From assembly GCF_006345805.1 (NCBI RefSeq), contig NC_043016.1, positions 28,768,001 to 28,832,000 of the forward strand: a DNA stretch of 64,000 bases. The letters run 5' to 3'. Source of the DNA: Octopus sinensis. Its lineage: Eukaryota. A program made the translations under genes and the position numbers. The notes beneath the pieces are model-generated. The model did no database searches, was not told where the DNA came from, and saw nothing but the letters and a program-made list of their open reading frames with translations. Below are positions 26,941-40,397 of the stretch, piece by piece (position 1 is the stretch's first letter; each line of letters opens with the position of its first letter).

Positions 26941-28650
26941 ATCATCATCATCATCATCGTTTAGCATCCGCTTTCCATGCTGGCATGGGTTGGACGGTGC
27001 AACTGGGGTCTCGGAAGCCAGAAGGCTGCACCAGGCCCAGTCTGATCTGGCAATGTTTCTATGGCTGGATGCCCTTCCTAACGCCAACCACTCCATGAGT
27101 GTAGTGGGTGCTTTTTACGTGCCACCTGCACAGGTGCCAGACGAGTCTGGCAAACGGCCACGGTCGGATGGTGCTTTTTATGTGCCACCGGCACGGAAGC
27201 CAGTCAGGGCAGCACTAGCAACGGCTACGTTCAGGTGGTTCTCTTATGTGCCACCAGCACTGGTATCACAGCGACAATTTCCATTCATGTTGATTGATTT
27301 TGATTTTTGATTTTTTGATTTTTTGATTTTTTGATTTTCACTTGCCTCAACAGGTCTTCACAAGTAGGGCTTTGTGTCCCAAGAAGGAAAGGTATGCATA
27401 AGTGGACTGAGGCCATGGGTGATGGTCTCACTTGTCCTGCTGGGTCTTCTCATGCACAGCATACTTCCAAAGGTCTCGGTCTCTAGTCATTTCCTTGGTG
27501 AGACCTAAAGTTCGAAGGTCGTGCTTCACCACTTCATCCCAGGTTTTCCTGGGTCTGCCTCTTCCACAGGTTCCCTCAACAGCTAGGGTGTGGCACTTTT
27601 TCACACAACTATCTTCATCCATTCTCGCCACATGGTCATATCAGTGCAAACGTCTCTCTTGCACACTGCAACTGATGCTTCTTAGGTCCAACTTCTCTCT
27701 CAAGGTACTTACACTCTGTCGAGTATGAACACTGACATTACACATCCATCGGAGCATACTCGCTTCATTTCTTGCAAGCTTACGCATATCCTCAGCAGTC
27801 ACGGCCCATGTTTCACTGCCATGTAGCATGGCTGTTCGTACACAAGCATCATACAGTCTACCTTTTACTCTGAGCAAGAGGCCTTTTGTCCCTAGCAGAG
27901 GTAAGAGCTCTCTGAACTTTGCCCAAGCTATTCTTACTCTAGCAGTTACACTTTCAACACACCTGCCCCCGCTACTGACTTGGTCACCTAGGTAATGGAA
28001 GCTATCAACTATTTCTAGTTTTTCTCCCTGGAATGTGGCGGAAGTTGCTCTGCGCATTTTCAGCGTTTATTGCTCCTGAGTATCTGCCACATACAAAAAC
28101 TATCCTCCTAGTTAGCCTTCCCTTGACGTTGCTACACCTCTTGTGTGTCCATAGCTTACACTTGGTGCATCTTATAGAGTTTCTACCTACGCCTTTCCTA
28201 CAGATCAAGCAAGGCCATCTACCTGAAGGCGTTTGTGACTTGTCTACCTTCCTACTTATTAGGACTTTGGTTTTAGCTAGGTTGACTCTAAGGCCCTTCG
28301 ATTCTAATCCTTGCTTCCACACCTGAAACTTCTCCTCCAGTTCTGATAGTGACTCGGCAATTAGAGCAAGGTCATCAGCATAGAGGAGCTCCCAGGCACA
28401 TCATGTCTTGAATTCCTCCGTTATTGCCTGGAGGACTACGATAAATAGGAGGGGGCTGAGGGCTGAACCTTGGTGGACCCCTACCTCTACCCGGAATTCT
28501 TCACTGTACTCGTAGCCAACCCTCACCTTACTAGCAGCATCCCTGTACATGGCTTGCTCAGCTCTCACTAACCATTCATCTATCCCTAGTTTCCTCATTG
28601 ACCACCAGATAAGGGATCAGGGGACCCGGTCGAAAGCTTTCTCCATGTGC
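26941..28650 (-). mobile_element. 5'-truncated RTE LINE (RT, C-terminus, 3' UTR)
   Basis: MEKAFDRVP, VGVHQGSALSPLLF, LLYADDL, CSKC-type Cys insert, RGRPRKTW, (GAT)n tail. Several frameshifts. Confidence 0.92.
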
Positions 28651-30440
28651 ATCAGTACAGGCAGCAGTGTCTATACACTAACATACACACTCACACGCAT
28701 CAACGTGTGCACTCTCGCGCGCTGTGCTTGCGGACATTCGCGTGTACTTGTATGGGTGTACTGGTGTGCATCTTGGTGATCGTGCGTGCGGGAGGGACGT
28801 GTGCGTGTGTGCCCAGCCATGAATTCGCGTGTCTGTGCGGGGTCGTGCATGCACATGTATGTGCATGTGGGTGCATTTCGGCGTATATTTACTATATTAG
28901 GTCTATCTTTGTGCTCTTCTTAATTTTTATTCCATTTTATTTATCTATTTATCTATACATGGATATATATACATATATATATATATTTATTTATTTAATT
29001 ATTTATTTTTGTTTATTTGGCACTTACTAACTTATAATTTAATTCATAATTAATGAACTTATATCTAAATTAATAGTAACTTCTGTTTACTTTATTTGTA
29101 TGTATATATACATCTTTGGATGGGCAGACATATATTTTAATTTATGATTTAGTGGATGTGGGCTGAGGTGTCGAGGTGTGTGAAAATGTGTATGTGTACG
29201 TATGTATGTTTTTGTACGTATAGGTATGTTCGTGGGTGGATGTACAGATGTATGTTTTTCTTATTCATATGAGTACGCAGGTGCGTATTTGGATATGTAT
29301 ATATGTATATGCGAATATTTATTCATGGGTGGATATAAGTATAGGTTTTATTTGTATGTATGAGTGCACAGATATATATTTAAATATGTATATATGTGTG
29401 TGCATATGTTCCCTGACAGAGTATGAGACTGTATTAATATTTATGAGTATATGCGGATGTGTGTGTGAGTGTGTGTGTTAGTGTATAGACACTGCTGCCT
29501 GTACTGATTTGTCTATAAGCCATGCGATGACAGACATGCACTCTGCAATTTAGTGAATGTGTAGGGATGTGTCGGGGTGTATTCATGTGTGTGTGCATGT
29601 GTGTGTGAGTTTTTGTGTGGACGTGTGGGTTTAGGGTTGGATGTGGATGTGTATGTTTTTCTTGTGCGGTGTGGTGGGGGTCGGGCAGCACTCAGCAGAC
29701 CAACCGTGAAGAAGACAATGATAATTCAAATTCAAATCCAATAGTGTATTTATGTCATAAGGAAAATTACTAACTGGAACCCGGACATACATATGTGCCA
29801 CTTTGGATTCTAATGTAAGCGTTATTAATAATATTATGAATGATAATAATGGTTGCATTAATGGTATGGACAACGATAATGATGCTAACTTTAATGACAC
29901 TTTGGAAATTAGTAGGAAGTAATATAATGTACTATTGACTATGTATATTTGCATCTAGATACTAATATGTGTATGTTTATTATCACAATATTAAGTTGAA
30001 AACTGAAACATTGAATGTGGAACATATATATGTTTACTAATTTATATTATTTATTTACATCATTATGTATATGTATATTTTTATATGTATGGAGTGTGAG
30101 TATATGCATTCATATGTATATGTATATCTCCAAAGAGGCCTTATGATATTTTTGTAAATGTCTCATTTATCCTATATATTGACCTACCATATAAGGCTAA
30201 TATTGGTAAAATGAGACATACTTATCTACATGGCCGAAACAGCTGTAAGATGTAATCTATACTTATATTTATATTACTTATATTTATATTCTCTTTTTTA
30301 TATATATTCTACTTATTTACAACATTACTCTTTTATGTACACTTTTTTATGTACATTCCTTTATGTACACTGATTTGTTCTGCTTTTTTATGTTTAACCC
30401 TACAGTCTCTTATGTGGTGGTTTAATAAAGTATGTGATTG
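28651..30440 (+). mobile_element. Putative non-autonomous Penelope-like insertion (pseudo-LTR-like end, 5' inversion)
   Basis: Hammerhead-like motif at 30123-30254, aataaa near 30425, and the first ~50 bp are an inverted copy of 29456-29508. No ORF, so the assignment is inferred. Confidence 0.45.
30123..30254 (+). ncRNA. Decayed type I hammerhead ribozyme with extended helix II
   Basis: Helix I tatatct/agatgta; core CCAAAGA (CUGANGA with 2 transitions); GGCC..GGCC; GAAAC-AGCT-GTA. Confidence 0.55.
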
Positions 30441-30993
30441 AGTATTATCTGGTAATTGATATTTGATTTAGATGTATTTCTCTATTTTCTTATCTTGTAT
30501 GTATATATATATATATATACTTATATCGTTTTTAGAAAGCATAAATCTGAAAGAAGAGACACGCACTAAGATGTAGAGCAGTATATATTAAAAATGGAGA
30601 AGGCCAGTTTATAGGGCCTTGGTTAATTTTATTCGTATCACGATGAAAAAAATTAATGCATAAAAGATTTTAGATGTAAAGGAACTGAATCAAAAAACGA
30701 AATAAGCATAAAAGAATCCTACATATGTTTTAATCTGGCCATTAGTTTTCGATCACACCAATCAAGCGATATTTGATGTAAAATAACACCACATTATGTC
30801 TGGATATTTGATTCCTTTACATCTTAAAATCATTTGAAAACATGGTCCTCATCTTATTTTGTTGCTCACCACCAGAAAGTAAACATACACATGTTTCCTT
30901 AATTCAACTGACAAGATTACATAATCATTTGGCAAAAATTGCAATCTTAATTGAATACGTTGTCAGTGTTTATAGCAAAAAGCACAAAATCTA

Positions 30994-31415
30994 CTCTCTT
31001 TACTCTTTTACTCTTTTACTTGTTTCAGTCATTTGACTGCGGCCATGCTGGAGCACCGCCTATAGTTGAGCAACTCGACCCTGGGACTTATTCTTTGTAA
31101 GCCCAGTACTTATTCTATCGGTCTCTTTTTGCTGAACTGCTAAGTGACAGGGACATAAACACACCAGCATCGGTTGTCAAGCAATGCTAGGGGGACAGAC
31201 ACAGACACACAAACATACATGCACACACACATATATATATATACATATATACAACAGGCTGCTTTCAGTTTCCGTTTACCAAATCCACTCACAAGGCTTT
31301 GGTCAGCCCGAGGCTATAGTAGAAGACACTTGCCCAAGGTGCCACGCAGTGAGACTGAACCCAGAACCATGTGGTTGGTAGGCAAGCTACTTACCACACA
31401 GCCACTCCTGCGCCT
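30994..31415 (-). mobile_element. SINE family A
   Basis: Full-length copy with (TTACTCTT)n tail. Confidence 0.9.
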
Positions 31416-32127
31416 GTTAAGTTTGCTCAATATATATCCCCATTATGCATTTTACCTACAACATTATTGGAGTGGTTAAACACTCCAATGAAGAGAACCC
31501 AAACTCAAATATTCTACTGCATCTAACTTTTGCATGCTTCTAGATTTATCAACCTGCCTGTCGAGGCAAGGTATTGTAACGTAACGGTAAATAAAATACT
31601 TTCTTTAAAACTTCATGCATTGTTCATCTTATGCATTTTACAACTTGCCATTTTAATAACAAACTTTTATCGTCACAACTACTGGCTCCAACATATCACA
31701 ATGTTGTTTATAAATCAACAATAAAAACCGTTACAGGTTGCAAGAACGGCGGGGGGGAAAAAATTTTTAAATCAGAAGGGATTTGAAACTGGAGGAAGTC
31801 AGCTAGACAGAAAAGGTGAGGGATTGCGACAGAGATAAGAGGGAAAACGAAACAAAACAGAAAACAGATGGCAACTATAATGAGAAAACAATGAACTTGT
31901 GCACCTGAAGCTGTATATTCAAATATATTTCAATAAAAAAGAAGGTATTCATGAGAAAAAAAAATGAAAAGATTTCTTTAGTAAAAAAGAGAGAAGTGTA
32001 AGAAAGAAAGTAAGGCCAAGTTAGAGGTCAAGACAAGTGGGAAGAAGTGTGGGAGACAACGAGGAAGTGTAGAGGAAAAGTTGCATCTAGATATTAGAGC
32101 AGCTGAAGAATGTTCTATATAAAAGAC

Positions 32128-32137
32128 GGTTGGAACT

Positions 32138-32172
<35 letters not shown>

Positions 32173-32380
32173 TATCATTATTATTATTATTACTATTAGT
32201 AGTAGTAGTAGTGTTGGCAGTGCTGGTAGTGACAGTAACAGTTGTCATGGTGACAGCTGCAATGGTAGTGGCAGTAGTGGTACCGGTGGTAGCAGTGGTG
32301 GTTGTGGTTGTGGTTGTGGTGGTGGTGGTGGTGGTGGTGGTGGTGGTGGTGCTACTGTTGCTGCTGGTTGTGGTAGTATA
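32128..32380. repeat. Compound trinucleotide low-complexity tract (ATC/TAT/TAG/GTG)
   Basis: Visible directly. It explains the poly-S/L/V/T ORFs. Confidence 0.9.
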
Positions 32381-32563
32381 GGCCACTCATTTAGAGACAT
32401 CCTGCTCGTCAAGCCGACTCATAAATTTGTGTGAACATAAAAAAGTGTGAGAATATACATGTTGATATAGATGAATAAAACACACCTTATATATATATAT
32501 ATATATACATATATACATATATATATATATATGTATATCTGTGTGTGTATGTGTGTGTATGTA

Positions 32564-32597
<34 letters not shown>

Positions 32598-33342
32598 CAC
32601 ACACATGTGCACACACAAACACATACTCACTCACACACACACACACTGAAAACAATAACGAACAACAATATAGCTAACTGAAAATACCTGAGGTGAGGAG
32701 GTGTTCTGTATATCAAATACACAAAAATAGCTATGTTTTACATATGTAATACAATGAGGTGAAAAATCTTTCATTTACTGACACTATCCATGGAATAAGA
32801 AACTCACTCTAGGAGCTGAAAGTTAGGGCTCAATATTAAGGTCCACTCTCCACTCCAGGTATCCAGTATGGTTAGAGAAAGGCCATTCAACGACGGAAAA
32901 ACTAGCTTCAGCTACACAAGTTTATTGTTTCCTCATTATAGTTACCATTTGGGGGGGGGGCTTTTTTTTTTTTGCTCTTACCTTTGTCATGATCCCTCAC
33001 CTCTTCTTTCTAACTGACTCCCTCCAACTCCAAATCCCTTCTGATTTTTAACTTTTTTGCCTTCTTGCAACCTGTTCCCTCTTTACATCAACCCCTTTGC
33101 CTTCTCCCTCATATGATTAATTCAAAGCTAAATGAATAAATAAGCATTACATTTGACAGAGTAAGAAGATGAAAACTCGCTCAAGGAGTTTTTAAAATCT
33201 AAAAAAAAAACAAAAAACAAAGGAGCAAACAAGAAGGCAACTCCAACAAGACCAGCCGACCGAAATATTTCTACAATATGAATATTATAGCATAGGAGTG
33301 GATATTGTCTATTATAAAGTCATCTGTGAAAGTAGCAGACAT

Positions 33343-33644
33343 GTTGTTTGTTCCTTCTCAAGCCATGCCTGGCTCATAAGGGCTGGTTTCCCAGTTTCAT
33401 TGGCGTATTGGTTCCCCAACTGGATGGGACGTCTGTCCGTCGCAGGTGAGCTGCTAGATGCAAGCGGAAAGAGTGAGAGAAAGTTGTGGTGAAAGAGTAA
33501 GCAGAAGTTGCTATTACCTTCTACTGGAGCAGCATGGAGTGTAAGTGTTTTGCTCATAAACACATACATCGCTTTGTCTGAGATTCGAACCTGCGATCCC
33601 TCGACCACGAGTTCGCTGCTCTAACCACTCAGTCATGTGCCTCC
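33343..33644 (-). mobile_element. SINE family B
   Basis: tRNA-like head and gcgatggactggcgtcccatcc-type motif. Homologous to 38696-39000. Confidence 0.85.
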
Positions 33645-34474
33645 ACTAGCAGAAATGTTACAGCCTTATTAAAACTCCTCAAGGACTGAGAATTGGAATG
33701 ACAGATAAAATGCCTTGCAGTATTTGTTCTAGACTTTTATATTTCTGAGTTTTAATCCTGCCAAGGACAACTTTGCCTTTCATCCTTCCAGGTTCAATAA
33801 AACAAAGTACCAGTCATATATGTAGATCAATGATATCAACTATCAACTATCCTCCGTTCAAAATTACTGGCCTTGAGAATTAGAAATAATTATGAAATCT
33901 CATGGAAAAAAAAAATATATATATATATATATTCTACACAATTGACAATGCCTAGAGTGATCAATATACACAGATACATACACACACAAAATATTCTTTT
34001 TCTTGTTTCAGTCATTGGGCGGTGGCTAAGAAGTTGAAACACAGCCTTGTAGAGTAAGTCAAACACATCGACCATGGTACCTATTCTTTTGGTCTCTTTT
34101 GCCAAACTGCTTAGTTACAGGGAAGTAAACAAATCAGCACAGTTTGACAAAGGTTGTTTGGTGGAAATAGAAACACAATGTATACAGGTATATATGTATG
34201 TGAATTTATACATGTATATGAGTAGGCTCGAAAATTAAATGACATTCTCACTTTCCTGAGCATCAGACTAATACACCTGCTTGTTGTTCATACACCTGTC
34301 TTCACCTGTTGCTTTTCTGTAAGTTCAACTAATATATATATATACTCATATATATGTATGTATATATATATATATATGTATATAAATGCATGTATGCATG
34401 TATGTATGTATGAATGTATGTATGTATGTATATATATATATAATTATATATATATATATATATATATCATCATT

Positions 34475-35423
34475 ATCATCATCATCATCATCATCATCGT
34501 TTAACGTCTGCTTTCCATGCTAGCATGGGCAGGACGATTTTGACTGAGGGCTGCACCAGGCTCCAATCTTGATCTGGCAGAGTTTCTACAGCTGGATGCC
34601 ATTCCTAACGCCAACCACTCCAAGAGTGTAGTGGGTGCTTTTTACGTGCCAGTCAGGCGGTACTGGCAATGACCTTGCTCAAATCTTTTTACACATGCCA
34701 CCGGCACAGGTACCAGTAAGGCAACGTTGGTAACAATCACACTTGAATGGTGCCCTTTTATGTGCCACCAGCAGAGAAGCCAGTTGGCTGCTCTGGCAAC
34801 AATCATGCTTGGATGGTGCTCTTGGCACCCTACTAGCATGGGCACAAGTGCCAGTAAGGCGACGCTGGTAACGATCACACTCGAATGGTGCCTTTTATGT
34901 GCCACTTGCACAGAAGCCGGTTATCTGCTCTGTCAACGATCACACTTGTATGGTGCTCTTTGCACCCCGCTAGCACGGATGCCAGTCATCAAATTTGATT
35001 TTGATTTCACTTGCCTCAACAGGTCTTTGCAAGCAGAGTTTTAGTGTCCAAAGAAGGAAAAGGTATACATAAACGGGCTGGTTACGCTCCTGGCATAGGC
35101 CACAGGTTATGGTCTCATTTGGCTTGCCGGGTCTTCTCAAGCACAGCATATTTCCAAAAGTCTCGGTCGCTAGTCATTTCCTTGGTGAGGCCTAATGTTT
35201 GAAGGTGTGCTTCACCACTTCATCCCAGGTCTTCCTGGGTCTACCTCTTCCACAGGTTCCCCTCAACCGCTAGGGTGTGGCACTTTTTCACACAACTATC
35301 CTCATCCATTCTCGCCACATGACCATACCAGCGCAGTCATCTCTCTTGCACACCACATCTGATGCTTCTTAGGTCCAACTTTTCTCTCAAGGTACTTACA
35401 CTCTATCGAGTATGCACACTGAC

Positions 35424-35428
<5 letters not shown>
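34475..35428 (-). mobile_element. 5'-truncated RTE LINE (C-terminus plus repetitive 3' UTR)
   Basis: Nucleotide homology to 26941-27730, (CAT)n tail beside (TA)n. Confidence 0.88.
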
Positions 35429-35473
<45 letters not shown>

Positions 35474-35554
35474 CACACACACATATATATATATATTTAT
35501 TTTATAGAAGGAGCTTCTACAGGACTAGAACTGTTTCATTCAAATGAAATCATC

Positions 35555-35622
<68 letters not shown>

Positions 35623-35649
35623 GAGGAGAGAGAATAATGCAGATAATAG

Positions 35650-35968
35650 GCACTCCATCGGTTTTGATGATGAAGATTCCAGTTGATCCAATCAATGGAA
35701 CAGCCTGATTGTGAAATTAACATACAAGTGGCTGAGGACTCCACAGACATGTGTACTCTTAATGTAGTTATCAGGGAGATTCAGCAAGACACAGATTGCG
35801 ATAAGGCTGGCCCTTTGAAACATTGGTACAACACTTTATTGCCTGTTGAGTGGACTGGAACATTATGAAATAAAGTTTCTTGCTCAAAGACACAATGTAC
35901 CACCAGGAATTGAATTCACGACCTTACGATCATGAGCCAATTACCCTAACTACAAACCATGTGCCTTC
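35650..35968 (-). mobile_element. SINE family D
   Basis: Reverse complement of the 52238-52560 type. Confidence 0.75.
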
Positions 35969-36477
35969 AACTACAGGTATGTCAAATATAAACAACATAA
36001 ATTGTTGATCTATTAAAATTATCTCCATGTCTAGAAGATGTTTTATAATGAAATAGCAATTATGACCAGCTCCACTTGATAAGGGGAGATAATCTCATAA
36101 ATCAAGAATTCTCCAAAGGTGATGTGTCATTAAGGGAAAAGAACAGGCTTGTTGTCTGGAGATAGGAGGACATTCATAAACATGTTTCTAGATCAAAGTC
36201 CTTCAAAGTAACATAACTATCCAACATCATTGCCATTAACCAAAGAACTTAGACTTATAAAAACACAGAGTGGAAACCATTTATAGCTAAGGTAATTTGA
36301 ATCATTTAATCAAAAACTAGCTAAGAGAAGTAACTCCAAGTGCCCTGTGTTATGTATTTGAATAACATTAACACTGGTCACACAAATACCATACCACAAA
36401 GATTTTTATATGAATGTGCATGTATATGTTATATATGCATGTGTGTGTGTGTGTGTGTACATGTATATATATATCAT

Positions 36478-36670
36478 CATCATCATCATCTTTTAATGTC
36501 TGCCTGCCATGCTGGCATGGGTTGGACAGTTTGACAGGAGGCAGCCAGGTAGAAGACTACACCAGTCTACTGTGTCTGTCTTGACATGGTTTTTACAGCT
36601 GGATTTCTTTCCTAACACTGACCACCCAACAGAGTGGACTGGGTGCATTTTACGTGGCACCAGCACGGGC
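36478..36670 (-). mobile_element. Degenerate RTE 3' end
   Basis: (CAT)n, ccatgctggcatgggttgga, ttttacgtggcaccagcac. Confidence 0.7.
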
Positions 36671-36899
36671 AAGGTATGGTGTATATATATATATATATAT
36701 ATACATACATACATACATACATACATACATACATACATACATGGTGGCTGCCCCCTCGTTATCGAGTATGGCTATTGCACGAAGCTTAATCAATGTTGTT
36801 ATCGTGCAATGCCTGTGCAAGAAGATTTTTTTTTAAATGAAGAAAGGCTGTGCACTGAGTCAATCCCACTCACTAAGCAACAGTAGCCATAATCCGAGA

Positions 36900-37300
36900 A
36901 GAAGAACAAGTCAACATCATTGGTAACCACTGAGCTGCAGGTTTTATGTCGAAGTTATCCCAGTTACCTGAGTTACCTTCTCCTAGAAGGATGTCCTAAC
37001 AAAGGCTAGGAGTCCTTCACTCCCAATGGTTTAACCGTGCGATCGGGTATTCAATCCGATTATTTCTATGTCCTTGTGCATGATACAGCCTTAAGACATT
37101 TATTGGATGGCTGTTGACTCTCAAGAGTTCCTCTGCCCTTTGACGGGTTTTATTTTTCATCCCGCAGGGTGTCCAATAAACACCCTCCTCACCAAGCAAG
37201 CTTGGTGGGGTTGCCGGTTTAGTCGCCGACGACCCGACCATGCAACAGGTTGTACTGGGTTACATGTTACCAGTAGCACTCAAAAGTGACCTGACACAAG
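36900..37300 (-). mobile_element. Putative RTE-clade 5' UTR fragment
   Basis: Minus strand reads ctcctagcctttgttagg..ctaggagaaggtaactc, resembling RTE 5' UTRs from recall. CpG-rich with multiple hairpins. Confidence 0.5.
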
Positions 37301-37689
37301 ACATGATGATGATGGCCATCCACTTGTGACCGAGGAAGACCATTGCCGACCTTCAGGAACATTGTGCTCCATTGGTGGCTAATGAGCCCTGCTCTTGACA
37401 AGCATACACGACTGCAAACATTGCAGACCAAGCTTTACCCATTCACTATACAAGCCGTGCAAGACATACATACATACATACATACATACATACATACATA
37501 CATACATACATACATACATACATACATACATACATACAAACACACACTCACACATAGCTGTCTGAGTTGACAACAGTGTGATAGATAAAACAATTAAAGA
37601 TATGAAAACAGTGAAAGCTCCTGGTCCATCATGACTTACCACTTAGTTGCTTAAAATATCTGAGTGGAATATGATCTAGCCACCTGTTT

Positions 37690-39210
37690 AGTTAATTAGG
37701 TTGTCTAGGAAGGTATCATACCTAATGACTTTAAAAGGGTAAAAGAGATTCCTTAGAGTAATATAATTGCAAATACATCAAATTGCTGGCCTAGGTGTTA
37801 AAAGTTATTAAAAGAGTTATATCTCAACTAATTAGGAAGAGAGTTAACCTAGATGAGATGTAGTCTTGCTTTGTACCTAGAAGAATCACCAAAAGGTTAT
37901 TACAGAAGAAATATTTAGCCAAAATAAATCTCTGTGTACTTGGCATTTGTTGACAGAGAAAGCTTTTGACAGGGCCCTTTGCTCCCTTATCACCGTGGAA
38001 GTCCAAGCCATGTACAGAGAACTGTCAGTAAGAATATAGTTAGCAATGAATTTAGTGTGCATGTTGGAGTTCACCAGGGCTCGGTTCTTAGTTCCCTCTA
38101 ATATATCATAGTTTTCCAGGCCACAACTGAAGAGTTTAAGTCTGCTTTTTGGGACTCCTGTATACTCATGACCTTGTTCTTACAGCTGAATCTGTAGAAG
38201 AATTAGGAAAGAAATTATAGGAATAGAAGCAAAATCTGGAATCAAAGGGCCTGAAAGTTACTTTAGCAAAGGCAAAGGTTCTAATAAACAGGAAAACGAA
38301 CAAACCACTAATCCCTTCAAGAAAATGGTTCTACTTGATGAGTACTAAAGGTATTACTAGAAATTCTTTACTGTATACCCAGTGCAAAATGTAAACACAA
38401 AAAGTATAATTGAATCACAGGAAGGTTAACTGAGAAAGTAGGCTGGGTGTGTGGAAGATATGCATGAGAAATAAACACTAAGAATCTGCAAGAAATAGAT
38501 TTTCTGAAAGACCCAGAACAAACATGAATAGTTTCTGTTGCTTAGATGACCTAATTAGCAGAGGAGGATTCTATACTAGAATAAGAATGGACTGGAGCAA
38601 CTTTAGAGAGGTATTACTTCTTTTGACAGCAAAATGCCTTTCTCCCAGAGTGAAAAGCAGATTGTATGGTGCATGTGTAGTGAAATGTAGGCCATGGGAG
38701 GCACATAGCCTAGTGGCTAGAGCAGTGGACTTGCGGTCGAGGGATTGCAGGTTCAAATCTCAGACCAGGTGATGTGTGTGTTTATGAGCAAAACACCTAA
38801 GCTCCATGCGGCTCCAGTAGAAGGTAATGGCGAACTTCTGCTTACTCTTACACCACAACTTTCTCCCACTCTTTCCTCCTGTGACTTGCAGCTCACCCAC
38901 GATGGACTGGCGTCCCATCCAGGTGGGGAACCTATACGCCAAGGAAACCGGGAAACCGGCCCTTATGAGCCAGGCATGGCTCGAGAAGGAACAAACAAGA
39001 AAGAAACATGGGTACAGAAGATGTGCGAAGGGTAGAAAGAAGCAAGTATACTCTGCTGCTGGACATGCAACAGCATTGTGCATGCATGACAAAGTGCAAA
39101 TGATTTGGAAGAAAAATTATGCCAAAGAGAATTCAGATGTAATGTGCAAGAGAGAAGATTATTTTTGTTTGGCAACATGATGCATATGGTTGAGGACCAG
39201 TTGCATAAAG
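37690..39210 (+). mobile_element. Old RTE LINE RT fragment interrupted by a SINE
   Basis: Degenerate LAFVD-EKAFD, VGVHQGSVLS and LLY(A)DDL motifs at the DNA level. Confidence 0.8.
38696..39000 (+). mobile_element. SINE family B nested in the RTE
   Basis: A/B-box-like head tagcctagtgg..ggttcaaatc and the shared B-family motif. Confidence 0.88.
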
Positions 39211-39715
39211 AAGTGGCAACTGCTAAATCTGAATATAACACCAAACCCTCCATCACTCTCCTGACTATGGCACTATTCACTCAGCTGCTATAATTAAATG
39301 AAAGCAAAACTGAAAATATTTTGTCTGTCACCTTTTTGTGCTCCCATTTACCCTCCCTGGAACTTCTTGCTTTGCCTCTCATATTCTCAGTGTCATCTCT
39401 TACTGACTTATTTTCTACTTCACTTTTCCCCTTTACACATTCTCATTCTGCAAATGGTAACCTCCATCCCATTATTTATGTTCATCTCCTACTATTTCCA
39501 CCCTTATGTATCTCTGACCTCGTCCCAGGCACTGTGCATCTCTCACACACTGCCCACACTCCACATCAACTATGCTACCTCTTATTGCTTCTAACCTCTC
39601 CTCACTAAAATTGATATTCACCTCTACCTATGTTCACTATTCACTGCATTTACCTCTTCTCTTTTACTACAAGACACTTGAGGGACAAGCACAAATATTA
39701 ACACACACACACACA

Positions 39716-39743
39716 CAGATAAATAGATAGATACTAGACAGAC

Positions 39744-39834
<91 letters not shown>

Positions 39835-39963
39835 AAGATAGATAGATAGACGGACAGATAAATAAATAGACAGACAGACAGACAGACAGCTAGATAGATA
39901 GATAGATAGATAGATAGAAAGATAGATAGATAGACGGACAGATAAATAAATAGACAGACAGAC

Positions 39964-40010
<47 letters not shown>
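39716..40010. repeat. (TAGA)n/(CAGA)n microsatellite
   Basis: Visible directly. Confidence 0.97.
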
Positions 40011-40234
40011 CAAACAACAGCAGGAATTTTATTCAGTTGAATACACGTCATTGATTGGTTGAAATTACCGAAATACAAGAACTTTAACGGGAAATAACTT
40101 CATAAATATAAGTTTTTCTCAAAAATGCTAAGAGTAAAAGATGTTTTATATGACACATTCTACCAGTGTCTGAAGTTTGAAAGTGTTTAGTTACAAAAAA
40201 TTATTTTTTAAATCTGTAGGTCAAAAGGTAACGA

Positions 40235-40397
40235 TCCCAAAATGCTTAGTGGTATTTCATCTGTCTTTACGTTCTGAGTTGACTTTGTTTCACCCTTTCA
40301 GGGTTGATAAAATAAGTACCAGTTAAACATTAAGGGTGATGTAATCAACTTACCCCAGTCCTGAAATTGCTAGCTTTGTGCCAAAATTTGAAACTAA
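40235..40397 (+). mobile_element. SINE family C, partial
   Basis: aaatgcttagtggtatttc..gataaaataagtaccag..gtgccaaaatttgaaac. Confidence 0.75.

Noticed and set aside
28653-29506. MITE with CAGT termini
   Set aside because: The apparent TSD is AT rather than TA and similar sequence continues beyond the right repeat. A 5' inversion explains it better.
35515-35556. Minus-strand TGATGA..GAAAC..GTC
   Set aside because: C3 and helix I are missing and the helix II loop is too tight.
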